From Podarcis pityusensis (lineage: Eukaryota), in assembly GCA_964106645.2 (NCBI GenBank), contig OZ067043.1: a stretch of 64,000 bases of DNA. One strand, 5' to 3'. The translations under genes and the position numbers were made by a program. This document shows positions 24,578 to 38,100 of the stretch, piece after piece. The notes beneath the pieces were generated by a model, which did not search any database, had not been told where the DNA came from, and worked only from the letters and a program-made list of their open reading frames with translations. Each line of letters starts with the position of its first letter. The stretch's first letter is position 1.

Positions 24578-24682
24578 CTGTAGAAGGAGCAAGACAGAAA
24601 AGTGTTATAGATGTGTAAGAATCAGGTGTGAACATAGCGCTACGTTGGTTACAACCCACAGTAAAAGTCACTTAGCAGTATA

Positions 24683-25725
24683 CAGTGGTACCTCAGTTTT
24701 TGAACAGCTTAGTTCATGAACAACTTGGAACCCGAATGCTGCAAAACCGGAAGTAGGTGTTCCGGTTTTCAAACTTTTTTCCGGAAGCCGAACGTGCTCT
24801 GTTTTGAATCCACCCGTGTTTCCTGTTGCGCTGTTAATTTGTGTCCCCGTTTCCTGTTGCGCTGCTAATTCCCTCCCCCCCATTGTAATTCAAGCCTTCC
24901 GTGTCCAATTGCAGTGTTCTAAGGTGATATTTGGAGCTTATATTTGGTGCTTTTGTTTTTGCTATTTATTTTGCATTTTTTTGTTTTGAGGCTTTTTCAG
25001 TTAATTTGTTTTTGTGGTTTGTTTTTTTAAAGATATTTATTAAAAGTTTAATAGTTACAGAAAAAAGAAGAAAGAAACAATAAAAAGTTCACAATACATC
25101 AAAAATAAAGAGGGGGAAAAAAACAATACAACAGAACAACAAAAAAAGCAAAAACATTTAAAAAACACATCCAAAATCTCTATATCTCTACCTTTCATTT
25201 ACTTGTGTCATCGACCTCCTCACACCTCCCTTTTTTGTATTCTTGTTCAATTAGCTATTTCAGCAAATCCTTTCCATCATTCTTAATTTTTATTCTATAA
25301 TTTATCTTAACACAATCTAACCTTAAATTTCCACTTTGACCCATTAATTTGTTTTTGTGACTGTGTGGATCCCAGTTCAGCTACTGATTGATTGACTGAT
25401 TGTGTGACTGTGGAAATGGATAAAAGCCTCCTATCTAAACAATGACTATCATCAGTGCAGGTAAGAAAAAAATTTAATTTTTATTTTTATCATCTACAAT
25501 ACTGTTTTATTTATTTTATAGTACAGTACATTGATTATTGTTTTCATTTTATGGGTCAATGGTCTTGTTAGATAGTACAATTTATGTTAAATTGCTATTT
25601 TAGAGGTTGTTTTTAAAGGTCTGGAACGGATTAATCCATTTTGCATTACTTTCTATGGGAAAGTGCACCTTGGTTTTAGAACAGACTTCTGGAACGGATT
25701 AAGTTTGAGAACAAACGTACCACTG
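24683..25725. mobile_element. Tc1/mariner non-autonomous element interrupted by a retroposon
   Basis: TA|cagtggtacctcagtttttgaac ... gtttgagaacaaacgtaccactg|TA. Confidence 0.85.
25017..25343 (-). mobile_element. 5'-truncated poly(A) retroposon (L1-like 3' UTR) with 16-bp TSD
   Basis: TSD ttaatttgtttttgtg at 25001-25016 and 25344-25359; AATAAA plus A-rich tail on - strand. Confidence 0.8.
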
Positions 25726-27437
25726 TACTTGTTCAGCTGGAAAGTTTTTGTGCCAGTGGAACATTGTTGCAAGTGGGTGGCTGGTAACTTTGTTGCACAA
25801 CAAATTTTCACTAGTGCAGCTCTTAAATTGGATTCTTCTGTTGCATGACATTAAAACTTGTCCATCCGCTAGCACAAGAGCCCTTGCATTATTAGACAGA
25901 GAATATTGGATACATCCCATTTTCATTTGACTGTGTAACTCCAGTCTGTATTTGGTTGTAGCAACTATACAGTGCAGTTCCCTGTGAGGTAGAAGTATTA
26001 TCTCCATTAAGTAGAGATGAGCCACTAGGGCTAACTACAGAATGCATGAAATCTCAGGGGGGTGCCTCCCCCCCCCAAGCTGTTTTGTGAATATGAGTGG
26101 GGAAATTAAGCATGGGAGTAATGGGAGGAGCTTCTTCATATTTTTTTCTCACCTGCTGCTTCTCTGTTCTAATGTGCTCCCTAAAACTGCTTTTAATCTA
26201 AACTCTACAGCTGTATTCTGTAGGGAAAAATACATGTATTTGCATGTAATGTTCAATTATGCCCCACGGTTACTTAAGTGCCTGAGTTGAAGTGAGTTGG
26301 CTTGGAAGTGAATTAACTAAAGGTACAGTTGTCAGCAATAGATCAAAATTTTGAATGTCAGTGGCACAGTAACCATTGCAGAGAGGAGTAGAACAAATCC
26401 AAGAGGGACTGGTCTAATCTAGTAAGTGACTGTTGGTGGAACCAGAACAGTCTCGCATAAGGAGGGACAATGATCAGGAACCCGAAGAGATAAAATTTGT
26501 AAAAACTCACTCTTGGAAATGCACTCTTCCACAATGACCAGAGGCTTTCATTGACCCATTGTGGGAAAGAGAGCAAGCTCAATGCACAACACCAGGCAAT
26601 TAACTGAATTCAACCAGGGGAAAACATGCAGTGTAGCAACATGGATCTATGGTTAAATCCTATTGCTTTCAGAAATTCAGCTTCTTCTGGAACTTTTAAT
26701 TAGTAGCGCAACCAAAAGCTTTCTGCATGGCAAAGCATAATATAGAACCTCATGGTAAGCTTCCTGCTATGGAATTTGCTTCTTAAAAAGCAGACACGAT
26801 TGAACAAACAAACCACTTTACTTGGCTCTGTAAGAAGCAGGCTGTTTTGGAATGTAAAATTAAAATGTCTATTCTAGGAGGAGCCACTTCACACACTTTA
26901 AAACCTTCCTGTTCCATTGTTTTAAAAAAGACTATGTGAAATTGTAATACATAGAAACACCCTATATTTCCAATAATAGAACCAGACAAGGACATTTAAA
27001 TATATAAATATTTCGATTGGCATTCTGGGAGAATGGAGACCCTCCATTGTCTACACAAACAGAGGAAAAACCTGTTGTGAAATCAGGAAGTCTTTAGCCT
27101 CTCACAAGTCAAATCACTACTTTATTCTTAGTTTTATTAAACTGAGATTTGTTCACAATGTTTGCACCAGCTTTGGTGATATCTTCTCATTAACTCAGTT
27201 TACTTAGAAGCTGCAAAAAACATGTATCTTTCGACACAATTCTGACTCCACTATTTGGACTCATGCTTAATAGGAAAGCAATACTAAGCCCTCTCCTTAC
27301 AATGTCTATTAATATGGCAGAATGCAATTATTTGCTTCTCCTCCTGTAAAATTATTTGTTCACTCATAATTATGGAATTCAAGGTATTCCAATACTAAAA
27401 ATTATGTCTGCATGTGAAAACACAAATTCATTTTAAC

Positions 27438-27536
27438 CTTAGGAAGAGACCGTGCTGCCTGAAGAAGTTTTCTGCGATGCTGTGGGTCACTAATACCAAT
27501 CTCTCGAAGGTCCTGATCTTCCATGACATTACTGCC
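27438..27536 (-). CDS. ANKS1A: ANKS1A exon, end of SAM1
   Basis: [33 protein letters not shown]; AG/GT. Confidence 0.95.
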
Positions 27537-28234
27537 CTGTAGGAAGACAAGTGGCAGACATGAAATAAGGCTCAGCAACGCGACAAAAATGAAGCTCAGC
27601 AGCTTTGCATTTCAATAAAAACTGTGTTTCATAATTTTTGTTTTTACCAGGTCTTTGATTGTATAATAAAAATTGTCTTTGTTGTTTCACAACTCTGCAT
27701 CATGCAAAAACTCCGTGTAAATACAGAATTTGGGCACAGACTTCGACACTCTGGGAATCTCAGCTTTGATTTTAAAAAAATGTTTCTAGTTCTTAAAGCA
27801 GTGAGGATAGCTTTGCAGATGTAGCGGAGAAACCCCAATGGAACCTCAGCAGCCAAGGCGGAAGGAGCCTACTTTCTAGCACGAGGAACAGGATTTAAGG
27901 TATGCATGCTTTCCTCATGTAACAGCAGAATGAAGGAAGTGAATAAATTCACACAACAGATCATAATTCAGCTTTTCTTGGCATTACCTTTGTACAGAAT
28001 CAATATTTCAGTCTTGGCCCAGGTATGAAAATTGAGAGCATCGCAAGAGCCCTTAGAATAAAAAATCATGGTTCCTCCCTAGCTGCTGCTTGGTTATCAT
28101 AACACAGTGTAACAAAAGATAGTATCACCAGGGCAAACATTACACAGTTAGAAATCTAAACAACCATGAAAATAACAGGAGTAATCTGGTTATTGTCACA
28201 GCAGGACCTGAGTGCAATCAGTACTCTCATCTGT

Positions 28235-28640
28235 GATTTCCTAAAACTGGTATTCTAAGGGATACTGCCTATAGCAGTTGAGGTAGAACACAGCTGTCTT
28301 GACTATTCTCCATGAAATTCTCTAATCCTTCAAAACCATCCAAGTTGGCGACCTTCACTACATCTTGTGGGAGTGACTATCGAGTTTATCCATGTGCTGT
28401 GTAAAGTAGTATTTTCTTCCAACATTCAGCTTCACTGAATGGACCATAAGTTCTAGTAATATGAGAGAGGAAGGAAAAACTTTTTCCTACCCACTTTTCT
28501 CCACATCATGCATAATTTTATATGACTCCATAATTTCCCCTGCTTGCCTTTTCTCTAAGTTAAAAAGCAACCTTGCCTCAGGAGAGCTGCTCCAAACCCT
28601 TGATCATTTTGACTGCCCTTTTCTGAAACTTTTCAAGCTT
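28235..28640 (-). mobile_element. Old CR1-like LINE fragment
   Basis: ccatccaagttgg...cactacatcttgtgggag...ttctccacatcatgcataattttata...gccttttctctaag pattern. Confidence 0.55.
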
Positions 28641-31475
28641 TATAGGAGAGGGGGGAAATCTGTAGTCATGGACACTTATAAGCATCGAGTTCTCATTTGT
28701 TCCCACTCTCAATGACCCTGGACCCCAAGGTCTAAGGCAAACACCAATGGATCCTCCAGCAATGGCTCCCTTGCTACCGTCTGCTGCTCTGCAATCTCAC
28801 TGCATCCCTCCTTCTTTTCTCTCTGTAGGCTTCCCCCTTTCACCTCCTTGCCTCTGCATCAAAGGAGCCTTTTTGTTAAGTGCACTGCATAAGTCCCAGC
28901 TGCTTGATTCAGGCTATCCAAAGCCTACTTTCACTGCTGGCCCCACTGCATCTCATTCCGTCCAATAAATTTCAGTAGATTGATTTACACGACCTTCCCA
29001 TTTCATACATGCTCGCTTTCATCAGTCACCCCTTTGATCATAGTTTAACAATCCAGTATACCTGGACGCAGCTTCAGCTGCCTGCCCTTTCCTCGTAGTC
29101 AGCTTTGCTAGTGCACTGCACTGGCAAACATGGAAAGCTCGTCTTTGCCTGAATTCCCTTGAGGGCCAGAGAGAGAAAATTGAATTTATTTTAGAGCATG
29201 CCAACAATCCAGGGAAGGTCAGTTTCACTGTAATCTATCATGCGTCTCCATGGAGATGGAAGCAACCCAGCCCTCTCTAGAGGAGTGACTTTCATCATTA
29301 CACTCTTTACAAAGCTCATTATCTCCACATGTGAAGTGTGGAGGAATGAATGAATGAGTACATAGTGCTTAGCAAAGGCAATATTCAACAGCCATTTTAC
29401 TATATATCTTGTTTTTCTTACAGCTCAGATCCAGCCCAGAACACCCCTTTTATTATTGAAGCAATTAGAAAACCAAAGCTACCTTGTAGCTCATTTTTTG
29501 CAACTAAGATTAGCTAACCCAGACTACTGTCCAGTTGTGCTAGATAGTGCTCATATATACATTCAAAACTAGACACAGTTTCCCACACTATTATATGCGA
29601 TTCTTTTCTCTATTGTGCTTGCTGTAACTAAAATGTGAGAATGGACAGAGAGCTGAAAAGGTGAGCTAAAGTACATATAAATAGCTAAAAGCATAGAGAA
29701 AGGAACATGATTTTTTTATCGTGACAAAAAGGTGGGCATCCAGTATAATTCTTCCACATTAAAAAGGTAACATTCAACATGGATTCCCTTTTTGTAAAAG
29801 ACAATTCCTAGGGTACTACAGTAATTTTTACACACACACACACAGTGAAAGAAGATCTAGATAAAAGCACTAGGATGCCTTTTTGCTGTATTAAGCACAG
29901 GCATACAACCATTCCTTTTACACGAAGACCCCCACTATCATATGATGGCATAGCAATTTGAAATTCCCATCTTGTGTCAGCTATCAACACATGTAAACAA
30001 CAACCACTGAGGGGCAGAAATGGGAATTAACTGGTGATCATTAATTCCTAATTATATCCCTCTTCAGTTCTATCAATAAAGGGGAGACTATTAGAAAAAC
30101 CAACCCTTGTGAAGGCTGCTTACTATAAACAGAAAAGAGAGAGAGAGAGAGAGATCCATTTGAGAGTGAATTTGCCATCTGCTGAATGTGCAAGGCCAGA
30201 CCATTTTCTTCACACATGAAATGACAGCAGTAATTGCACATTGATGTAGGCCATCATGCACTTTGTATGACAGCACAGAGTAAACACAGCACAAGATACT
30301 TCTTTTGCTTGCCTTGTTTGCTGTGGATATTGTTTAATGAAGAATTTTTACATGGCTGTATCCACAATATTTCTGCAATGCCTTTTCTGTATTTTCATTG
30401 AGCTGCATTAGCCACCGAATCTGCAATGATGTCAAATATTCTGGTAAAAGGACAACTGGTTTTTTTGTCTAAATTGTACTAATTTCCATGGTTATCTCTT
30501 TTGCCGTAAAACAATCCTAAGAAATAAAGGGCATTTTGTAATCTTAATAAAATAACTTCAGTTGCAATGAAAAGCTCAATGTTTGCTCCATTTTGAGTTG
30601 GTAAACTCATGATGAACAGCAGCTACAGCCATTTTCTAAAACACAAAACCTGCCTGCATGTTTTGATCTGAAGTATCACCAATTTTACCCATACACCATT
30701 CATTTAGTACATCTCACAGGCAAATAAATCGAACTCAATGAAATGTCCATTTCAATGGGTGCACATAGTGCCCTTTTCAGTGACTTGCTCATGTTTACAC
30801 AGGCTGTATACATACTTCAACCATCCAAGTGCTGCAGTTTGTGGTTTTCTAAAAGCACCTTTGTAGACATTGCTTTGCAATTGTTCATGGAGGAAGTCTG
30901 GTAGCATAGGCTGCACAGGTTCATCATATTGCTTAGTGTATCACACAGACAACACCATGACTAACTTCTCTCTCATTTTTTGCAAGGTGCTGTATATATA
31001 TGCTCCCTCCCCTTTCAATGGCCACCACACTCCTAACAAAAACCTTGCTAGTTATTAATGTTTGATGCTTTATTTATTATTATTAATGCTAAACATTATT
31101 GTTTGACATTTTATTATGTTTTTATGTGTGTTGGAAGCTGCCCAGAGTGGCTGGGGCAACCCAGCCAGATGGGCGGGTATAAATGCTAACATTTGTTGTA
31201 TCAGAAGTCTGGTAGCACAGGTTGTGCAAGCAGAGTAAGTTTTATTGCACTCAGTGCATGCCCATGGGCTTCCTTCCCTTGTACAATGCAGGTAACTTCT
31301 TGACGACTTCTCTCAGGGAGAGGATGCAAGGCAGTCTGGGCTGTATCCAGCTCTGAGTGTGACTAACATTGGATACAACCCTCTGTTTATGTCCAGAGAT
31401 GTTTACCCCCTTGTACCACGCTTGACCGTGCACAGAGGCTGCCTGTTCTGGTGCCATGCACACAGCTTATAATTA

Positions 31476-31717
31476 CAGTGGTACCTCGGGTTAAGTACTT
31501 AATTCATTCTGGAGGTCCATTCTTAACCTGAAACTGTTCTTAACCTGAAGCACCACTTTAACTAATGGGGCCTCCCACTGCCACCGTGCTGCTGGAGCAT
31601 GATTTCTGTTCTCATCCTGAAGCAAAGTTCTTAACCCGAGGTACTATTTCTGGGTTAGCGGAGTCTGTAACCTGAAGCGTATGTAACCTGAAGTGTATGT
31701 AACCCGAGGTACCACTG
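31476..31717 (+). mobile_element. Tc1/mariner MITE, copy A
   Basis: TA|cagtggtacctcgggtta ... taacccgaggtaccactg|TA. Confidence 0.92.
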
Positions 31718-31782
31718 TACTAATTATAATGTATGTTTTATTGCAAGGCACTCAAGACATGGTCTGCTCAGTTTTATGAAAC

Positions 31783-31783
31783 A

Positions 31784-31835
<52 letters not shown>

Positions 31836-31844
31836 ACGAACGAA
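31783..31844 (+). repeat. (AAAG)n microsatellite ending in (AACG) units
   Basis: Direct reading. Confidence 0.95.
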
Positions 31845-32552
31845 CCCAGGCCTCCAATATATGTGCTCCCCGTTACAACAATTAATTTCATTTGAGTCAT
31901 TGTGGGTTTTTAAAGGGCAACGTATAGTGATATTTTGTTAAAGGGCAACACAAAAAATGGACACATCTTGAATTTGTTGAACTGCCAACATAAGCAGTCA
32001 GAAAATATATATCTTGGTGAAAAAAGTTTATAGGGATTGCAACATTATGTTGATCCAACCTTTGAGATTTTGATAAACTGGAAGGATTACTTTAAAAATA
32101 ATAAATGCTATGGTGGAAGCCAGTACCTTTCCAACTGTGCTTGAGTACAGAAGAGAAAGAGTTGATGGCAGCTGTTTCCACCCATCCTTTTAAAGAGTAA
32201 AGCAGCAGTGAAACTTCTGTGACTCTCTAAAGACTCAAATATCAGCATACTGATACACATGAGAAAAATTATTTTCAAAGCCTAACTTGATTGTCTTTGA
32301 GGTGGTATGAAACACCAGATGACTCAGATACCTCTTCTACTGAAAGGTGCTTTCAAAATACCAAAAAAACCTATACCAACTATATAGGAATGACAATGTT
32401 ATACGCTAAGCAAAAACTGCTTATGTGGAAGACAGTGCAGTGCAGTCAATCCATATAGTCTCATGCTTATTTCACACATATGTGCCACTACCAGGCTTGG
32501 TGAATGCACATATATAGGTAGGTTACAGAGCAGAAGGCTAAGACATTTAGGT

Positions 32553-32729
32553 CAGAGGTAGTCAACCTTTTTATACCTACCGCCCACTAATCCATCTTTC
32601 TTGATGGTAAAATTTTCTTAACTGCCCACCAGTGCTCAATGGGAGGAGGATTCAGCTTGTGCCATAGAACCCCCTACTGCCCACCTAGAATCCACTAGTG
32701 GGTGGTAGGCACCAGGTTGACAACCCCTG
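32553..32729. mobile_element. hAT (Charlie-like) MITE
   Basis: TIR cagaggtagtcaacct / aggttgacaacccctg; TSD atttaggt / gtttaggt. Confidence 0.8.
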
Positions 32730-33068
32730 GTTTAGGTTATTGTTTTTCAAAATACTGCTTTAAATGAGACTTTGTAATGCAGGTCTTGTTACATTAAAAC
32801 TACTGTTTTGGCCTACGGTTTCCCTTATACTGTACAATGTTAGCTTTTGCTCTTGTAATCAGTACTGCAGACATTGCTGCTGCTCATCTTGAATCTCTGT
32901 GCAAGACTTCTCCACATTAAAGCAAAATGAAGCACACCTATGCACCACCAGCTTGCAGCAGCAAGGGAATTACCCTTTGGCACCAGGGGAAAACAGGTGG
33001 GTATTTTGAAAGAAGTGCATTGCTGTCTGGATGGATAAGGCAGATACTTCAGAGGCTTTATTCTACAG

Positions 33069-33195
33069 CAGGGGTGGGGAACATGTGGCCCTCCTGGTGT
33101 ACTTTGACTCCAGTACCCACCATCTCTTACCATTAGCCAAGCCGGTTGGGACTAAGGACAACAACAACTGGAGGGCACCAGGTTCCCCAATCCTG
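33069..33195. mobile_element. hAT MITE (family of 58953-59088)
   Basis: caggggtggggaac...gccctcc ... ggagggcaccaggttccccaatcctg. Confidence 0.7.
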
Positions 33196-33422
33196 GTGTA
33201 CAGCAAGCCTCTCAAACCTTAACATAAAATGTGTGACACCCATTGAGATTATCAATGCCAACAATCAAGGTCTAAGCATTATGATCCGCCCAGACTAGTT
33301 TTACTTAGACCTCAGAAAGTGACCTCTCTTTTAGCAGTAGCAGCTTTGAGAGCTCCACTTGAATAGGCACTTGCTCTGGGATCAGCAGTGTCTCTGTCCC
33401 ATACGTTAGCACTTCACTAGTA

Positions 33423-33665
33423 CAGTGGTACCCTGGGATTACAGACACTTCAGGTTACAGACGCTTCAGGTTACAGACTCCGCTAACCCAGAAATAGTAC
33501 CTTGGGTTAAGAACTTTGCTTCAGGATGAGAACAGAAATTGCGCGGCGGTGGCACTGCTGCAGCGGGAGGCCCCATTAGCTAAAGTGGTGCTTCAGGTTA
33601 AGAACAGTTTCAGGTTAAGAACAGACCTCCAGAATGAATTAAGTTCTCAACCCGAGGTACCACTG
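33423..33665 (-). mobile_element. Tc1/mariner MITE, copy B (inverted relative to copy A)
   Basis: TA|cagtggtacc ... cccgaggtaccactg|TA; body is the reverse complement of 31476-31717. Confidence 0.92.
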
Positions 33666-34984
33666 TATTTTAGGAGCAGAGGCTGCAGTGTAGAAAGGAC
33701 TCAGGTTCAGGGCACAGTAGGAGAGAATAATAATTTTCACAATCAAAAATTTGATGGGAGGATTTTTCAGGGCTACTTCTCTCATCATAGATCCAAGAAC
33801 CATCGAGCAGTATTTAAATATGCTCATCTTATGGAGATTCCTCGTTCCCTGAACCATCCCCATATTCATGTATCCTGTGAATCCCCATTCTAAAAGTACT
33901 TAACATGCACAGCATAATATTCAGGAAAGCATTACAGGATTATACCTTTGGCCCTGCTGAATTGTGTCCCGTCCCCCCCTCCCCCCGAGAAATGTCCATC
34001 TTCCTTTGCTGAAAAAGGCCCCCTGCTTCCAACCTAAGCACAGAGCTGGCACTTCCCTAAGGGTGCCTATGCGAATTCCACTCTGCTTTTTAGAGCCTAA
34101 CATGGCTCTGCGGGAATAAATGGCAAAGACTATTTTAGCTTCTCTGATAAGCAGGCAGAACTGAACACACAGGTAGAAAATCCATAGGGGAGGCAAGAGG
34201 CATTTTTACTTAATTGGTTCTGAGAGGAGATGCACATTTAAAAGCAGAGGGAAGTGTTCACTAGGTGGTCCTTCCTTACAAGCTTTTGATAACAAGATGG
34301 ATTGGAGACAGACAAAACCTAGCAGGAAATCTCTTAATGCAATCATGTGAACCAAAGTAGTACAAAGTGTTATGGGCTGTTCTATCTGGGTGTCTGTTGT
34401 TTTAAAAAACCTTTGAAGAGACATTACTATTACTCAATCTAAGAGAGTTCTGACACTCTACTTGACAATGTTATAATGCAATCATGACCTATCATTCAGC
34501 TATATTCTGAATAATTTAAGAGATCTATTCCTTGCTATCAGTATCCCAAAGCTCAGCTCCCCAAAAGCAGCTAGACTTGGTGAAAACATCTCAAGTCTGT
34601 CTTTGTTGATGGTTTGGTTTTCACCTAGATGAACTGCTCTTTGATTTGGTATGCTTTGGTTCCTTTTCTTTGGTACATCTACTCATTCCTGCTGCTACTT
34701 CTGTTATTTTGCATACCAGGCGTCATTCTGTACAATTTGGGTTATTGTTTTTATTATCATTTCCCTATGATATGTTTGCTCTTTTTCTTTTGACTACCTC
34801 CTGCTTTTATTTGTATTGCTATGTACAGATAAAAATGTTTGCCTGTCTTTGGAATGCTGAGAAGGGATAATGGTCACTAACTAGAACCTCAGTCACAAAT
34901 TACACTGTGTCCATTTTTGATCTCCAAACTGTTTTCCCCTCCAAGTCTCATTCTCCACAAACTTCAGAAGGATTCACCTACAGT

Positions 34985-35186
34985 CAGTGGCAGAGCTTCA
35001 TGCTCTGGCACCGGGGGCATGGCTGGTGCATGTCCCAGGGGTGTGGTGCACTGCCCGTGGGGCATGGCGTGCTGCCTGCCGGGGTGTGGCGCCCAGCGCA
35101 GGGGGGAGGAGCCACGATGGCACCCCACCGGGATCGTGGTGCTGGGGCGGTGCACTCCCCCTGCCCCACCTCTTTCTCCGCCAGTG
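34985..35186. mobile_element. GC-rich hAT MITE
   Basis: TIR cagtggcagag / ctccgccagtg; TSD cctacagt / ccaacagt. Confidence 0.8.
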
Positions 35187-38100
35187 CCAACAGTTTGTTG
35201 AATAAAATGTCCTCTCAATCAATGTAGAGAACAGGGTAATTTTTGAGATGGTACTTGATGTAGAATGACTCCTAAAGAAAGTCTCGCCAAAAATGACAAC
35301 AGCACCAGAAAGTCCTTTTCCACCAAGGCAAAGACAGGAGACTACTTCAGAACTCAGTGTGCATGTTGAAGGGATGACAACAGTATCTGGTAAGGTCTAA
35401 AGGCCCAGTCTCAGATATAGTCTTGGTTAAAACGAGGGACAATTATTTTGTGATTTTTCTTAAAAGACTCACAACTGCTATAGGAATGCTGTCTGTCTGT
35501 CTGTCTGTCTAATCTAATCTAATCTAATCTAGTTGCTTTATCTTGCCCAAGGCAGGCCAAAGGCCTGGTTATAGAGGAATACTTTTGTTTGGTGCCTAAA
35601 GATATATAATGATGGCACCAGGCAACTCCCCCCTGTCCTAAGACAGGACAAATAGTATGCCCCCTCCCCTTCTAAAGAAATGAGTGTCCATTATTATGCC
35701 TACCTACTATGCAAGGTCATTTGCTTACAACAGTTATCACACAGTGCATAAAATTAGAGATTTAGCCCAAAATGTTAGTGCTCTTAAGGAACTTTTTTTT
35801 TAACCTTTATACTAAATATGCAGTTTTCTTGCTTCAAAGCAGCCTTATATTTATGCTTTCATCTGGTAGCAATAGGTAAGAAGGAATGGATGCAGGTGAG
35901 TGAGTGGGCTGCTGTAAGACAGGCAGAGTGCTTCATTCCTCTTCTGCATCCAGTAGAAACCAAAATTCACTCTTCCACAGGCTAAAGCAGGGGTGCAACT
36001 CTCTGCATCCTATAGCAAACTAGTAAAGTTTATGATAGGATAATGTTTGTGAACTTATTTGCAAGGCTGCTTTAAAGTTCTGCCCTAGTTTCATTTCAGC
36101 AATACAAGAATATTTGTATTGGTTGTGTCACATTCAACGAACTTGTTGCCCCCTCTGCTCTTCCCATGTCCCCCTATGTCCTCACCAAATTTACTTTGAA
36201 TTTGAACATAGGGTGAGGAGAGGAATCATTCAATCAAACATGTGAAAATACTTGTGCTGATGGAATGATCTCCTTAGCACTATGATGAATATCACCCTTT
36301 ATCAATGTGGTGTTTTTAAACTTCTGTTTTCCCATTCATTAGTGAATTAAATAGATGTGAACAGGAATGCAGAGTGTTCTATAAAATGAAACCAAGCCCA
36401 TGCTTGCCTCTTGGGAGTACGTAGTCCAAACCACTGACTAACTGTGCTTACAAGGTCACTGAATATTTCCACAACGCTGTATCAGGTATGGGGTGAGAAC
36501 TACCGGAGTCACCCAACTTTAAAAATAAAACCTTCGAAAGGAAGATGTTTCATTGTTATTCAGTAGTTTTCCTGCCTAACATACCCTCAAGCCAGGGGCA
36601 CTGCTGAACCAATAACTCCATGCTGCTAAGCAATACTAAACTGAAACAGCAAGATTACAACTGTGGAAATCTGTCAAAACATCTGCTGCTCAAGAAATCT
36701 AGCTATGTACCTTAAAACAAAATCAAACATCTTATGCTGTAATGGCAATGTAGCTTCAACCAGAACATTTTTGTTTCTTAGCTGGCTCAATTAAATTTAA
36801 ATTCAGACTTTTGCATATTAGCAAATTGCAGCCTACCTTAAGAGAAGATGGCTATAAAATAGCACCACATAGAGACCAGCATAAATTACTAAAAACTTGT
36901 GTGTGCATTTGAAAGGAAGTTACATACTAATTAAAAATAACAGCCACTCATCTTTCTTATTGTGATGCAGTACATGGAATGTTTGGGGATATTTCTGCAG
37001 TGTGCGTTACAGTGTGAATTATGGGATTAGTGTTCAATCAACCAACATAGATGTCAGCTGTTCAGTATACATTTGACTCCTCAAATTATGATACTTATTT
37101 TGCCTCAGTGCTTTATAATCTGTGGTTTTCTAGCATCCCACTCTAGAGGAATCTCTCCCATATTGGTTATTCTGTATTCCTGTGAGTCTGCCACGGAACC
37201 TCAGTATCTTAGAGCATTAGTGGCCACATCTACTGAAAATGATTAATGGTCCTCAAAACATTCCCTAGAATATACTCAACAGTCCCCTGCATTGCACAAT
37301 ACAAATGGGGAGATCAGTAGAGGTGGCCATAATTGCCTTTTGTGAAAAGCACTGCTTTATGACTGCCTTAATACCCCTTGAACTGATCCAGTGCCTAATG
37401 TTGCTGGATGTACAGCTCAGACCATAACATCTCTATTTTTCTACAACCAAATCAAAGCAGACACTTGGAAATGTGACCCGCCCTGAGATTTTGTGGTAAA
37501 GGGCGGTATATAAATTTTAATAACAACAATGCCAAGCTTTTCCCATGCCATCCAGGCTATACACCTGTGTCCCACAGAGAGACTCCTCCTCCAATAAAAT
37601 AGTATTTATCTTTCAAGGAGCATGACTTCTTAGTATTAAATAATTCAGTTCTTGTAAATTTCAAAAGTGTCTTAAGAAATGATAGCAATAGGAGACTACT
37701 GGAACTACAATTTGCAGTGTATATCCCTATCTGTATGTTCAAAGTATTAGGCACATCATCTGTCACTCCTTTTCTCCTAAGTGGATATTGAAACCTTTCT
37801 AATTCCATTCATGCAAAACTGATTTTATCATCTCGTTATGCCACTACAATGGTGGAAATCTCCCATTATTCCTTCTGGTTTGTACTGGGATTTCCATTTC
37901 CTCTCCTCCCCCATGTGCCCCCAAAATCTGCTCTGGAGGGTTCCTCAAACCTACAGAGCTGATTTTGAGGGTGCATAGGGGTTTGGAGGGGACAGAAGAG
38001 GAAGTGGATAGGGTAGGGTCAAGTATATTCCCTATAGTCACAAGGCATCAGCGGACAGCATCGTAGTGAGCCAAGTAAAACAAAAAATAAGAACAGAATT

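Noticed and set aside
33516-33893. 125-aa ORF
   Set aside because: Begins inside a MITE and runs into unique intron; not coding-like
34907-35227. Six overlapping ORFs on both strands
   Set aside because: Explained by a GC-rich, stop-poor hAT MITE (34985-35186); no protein homology recognised
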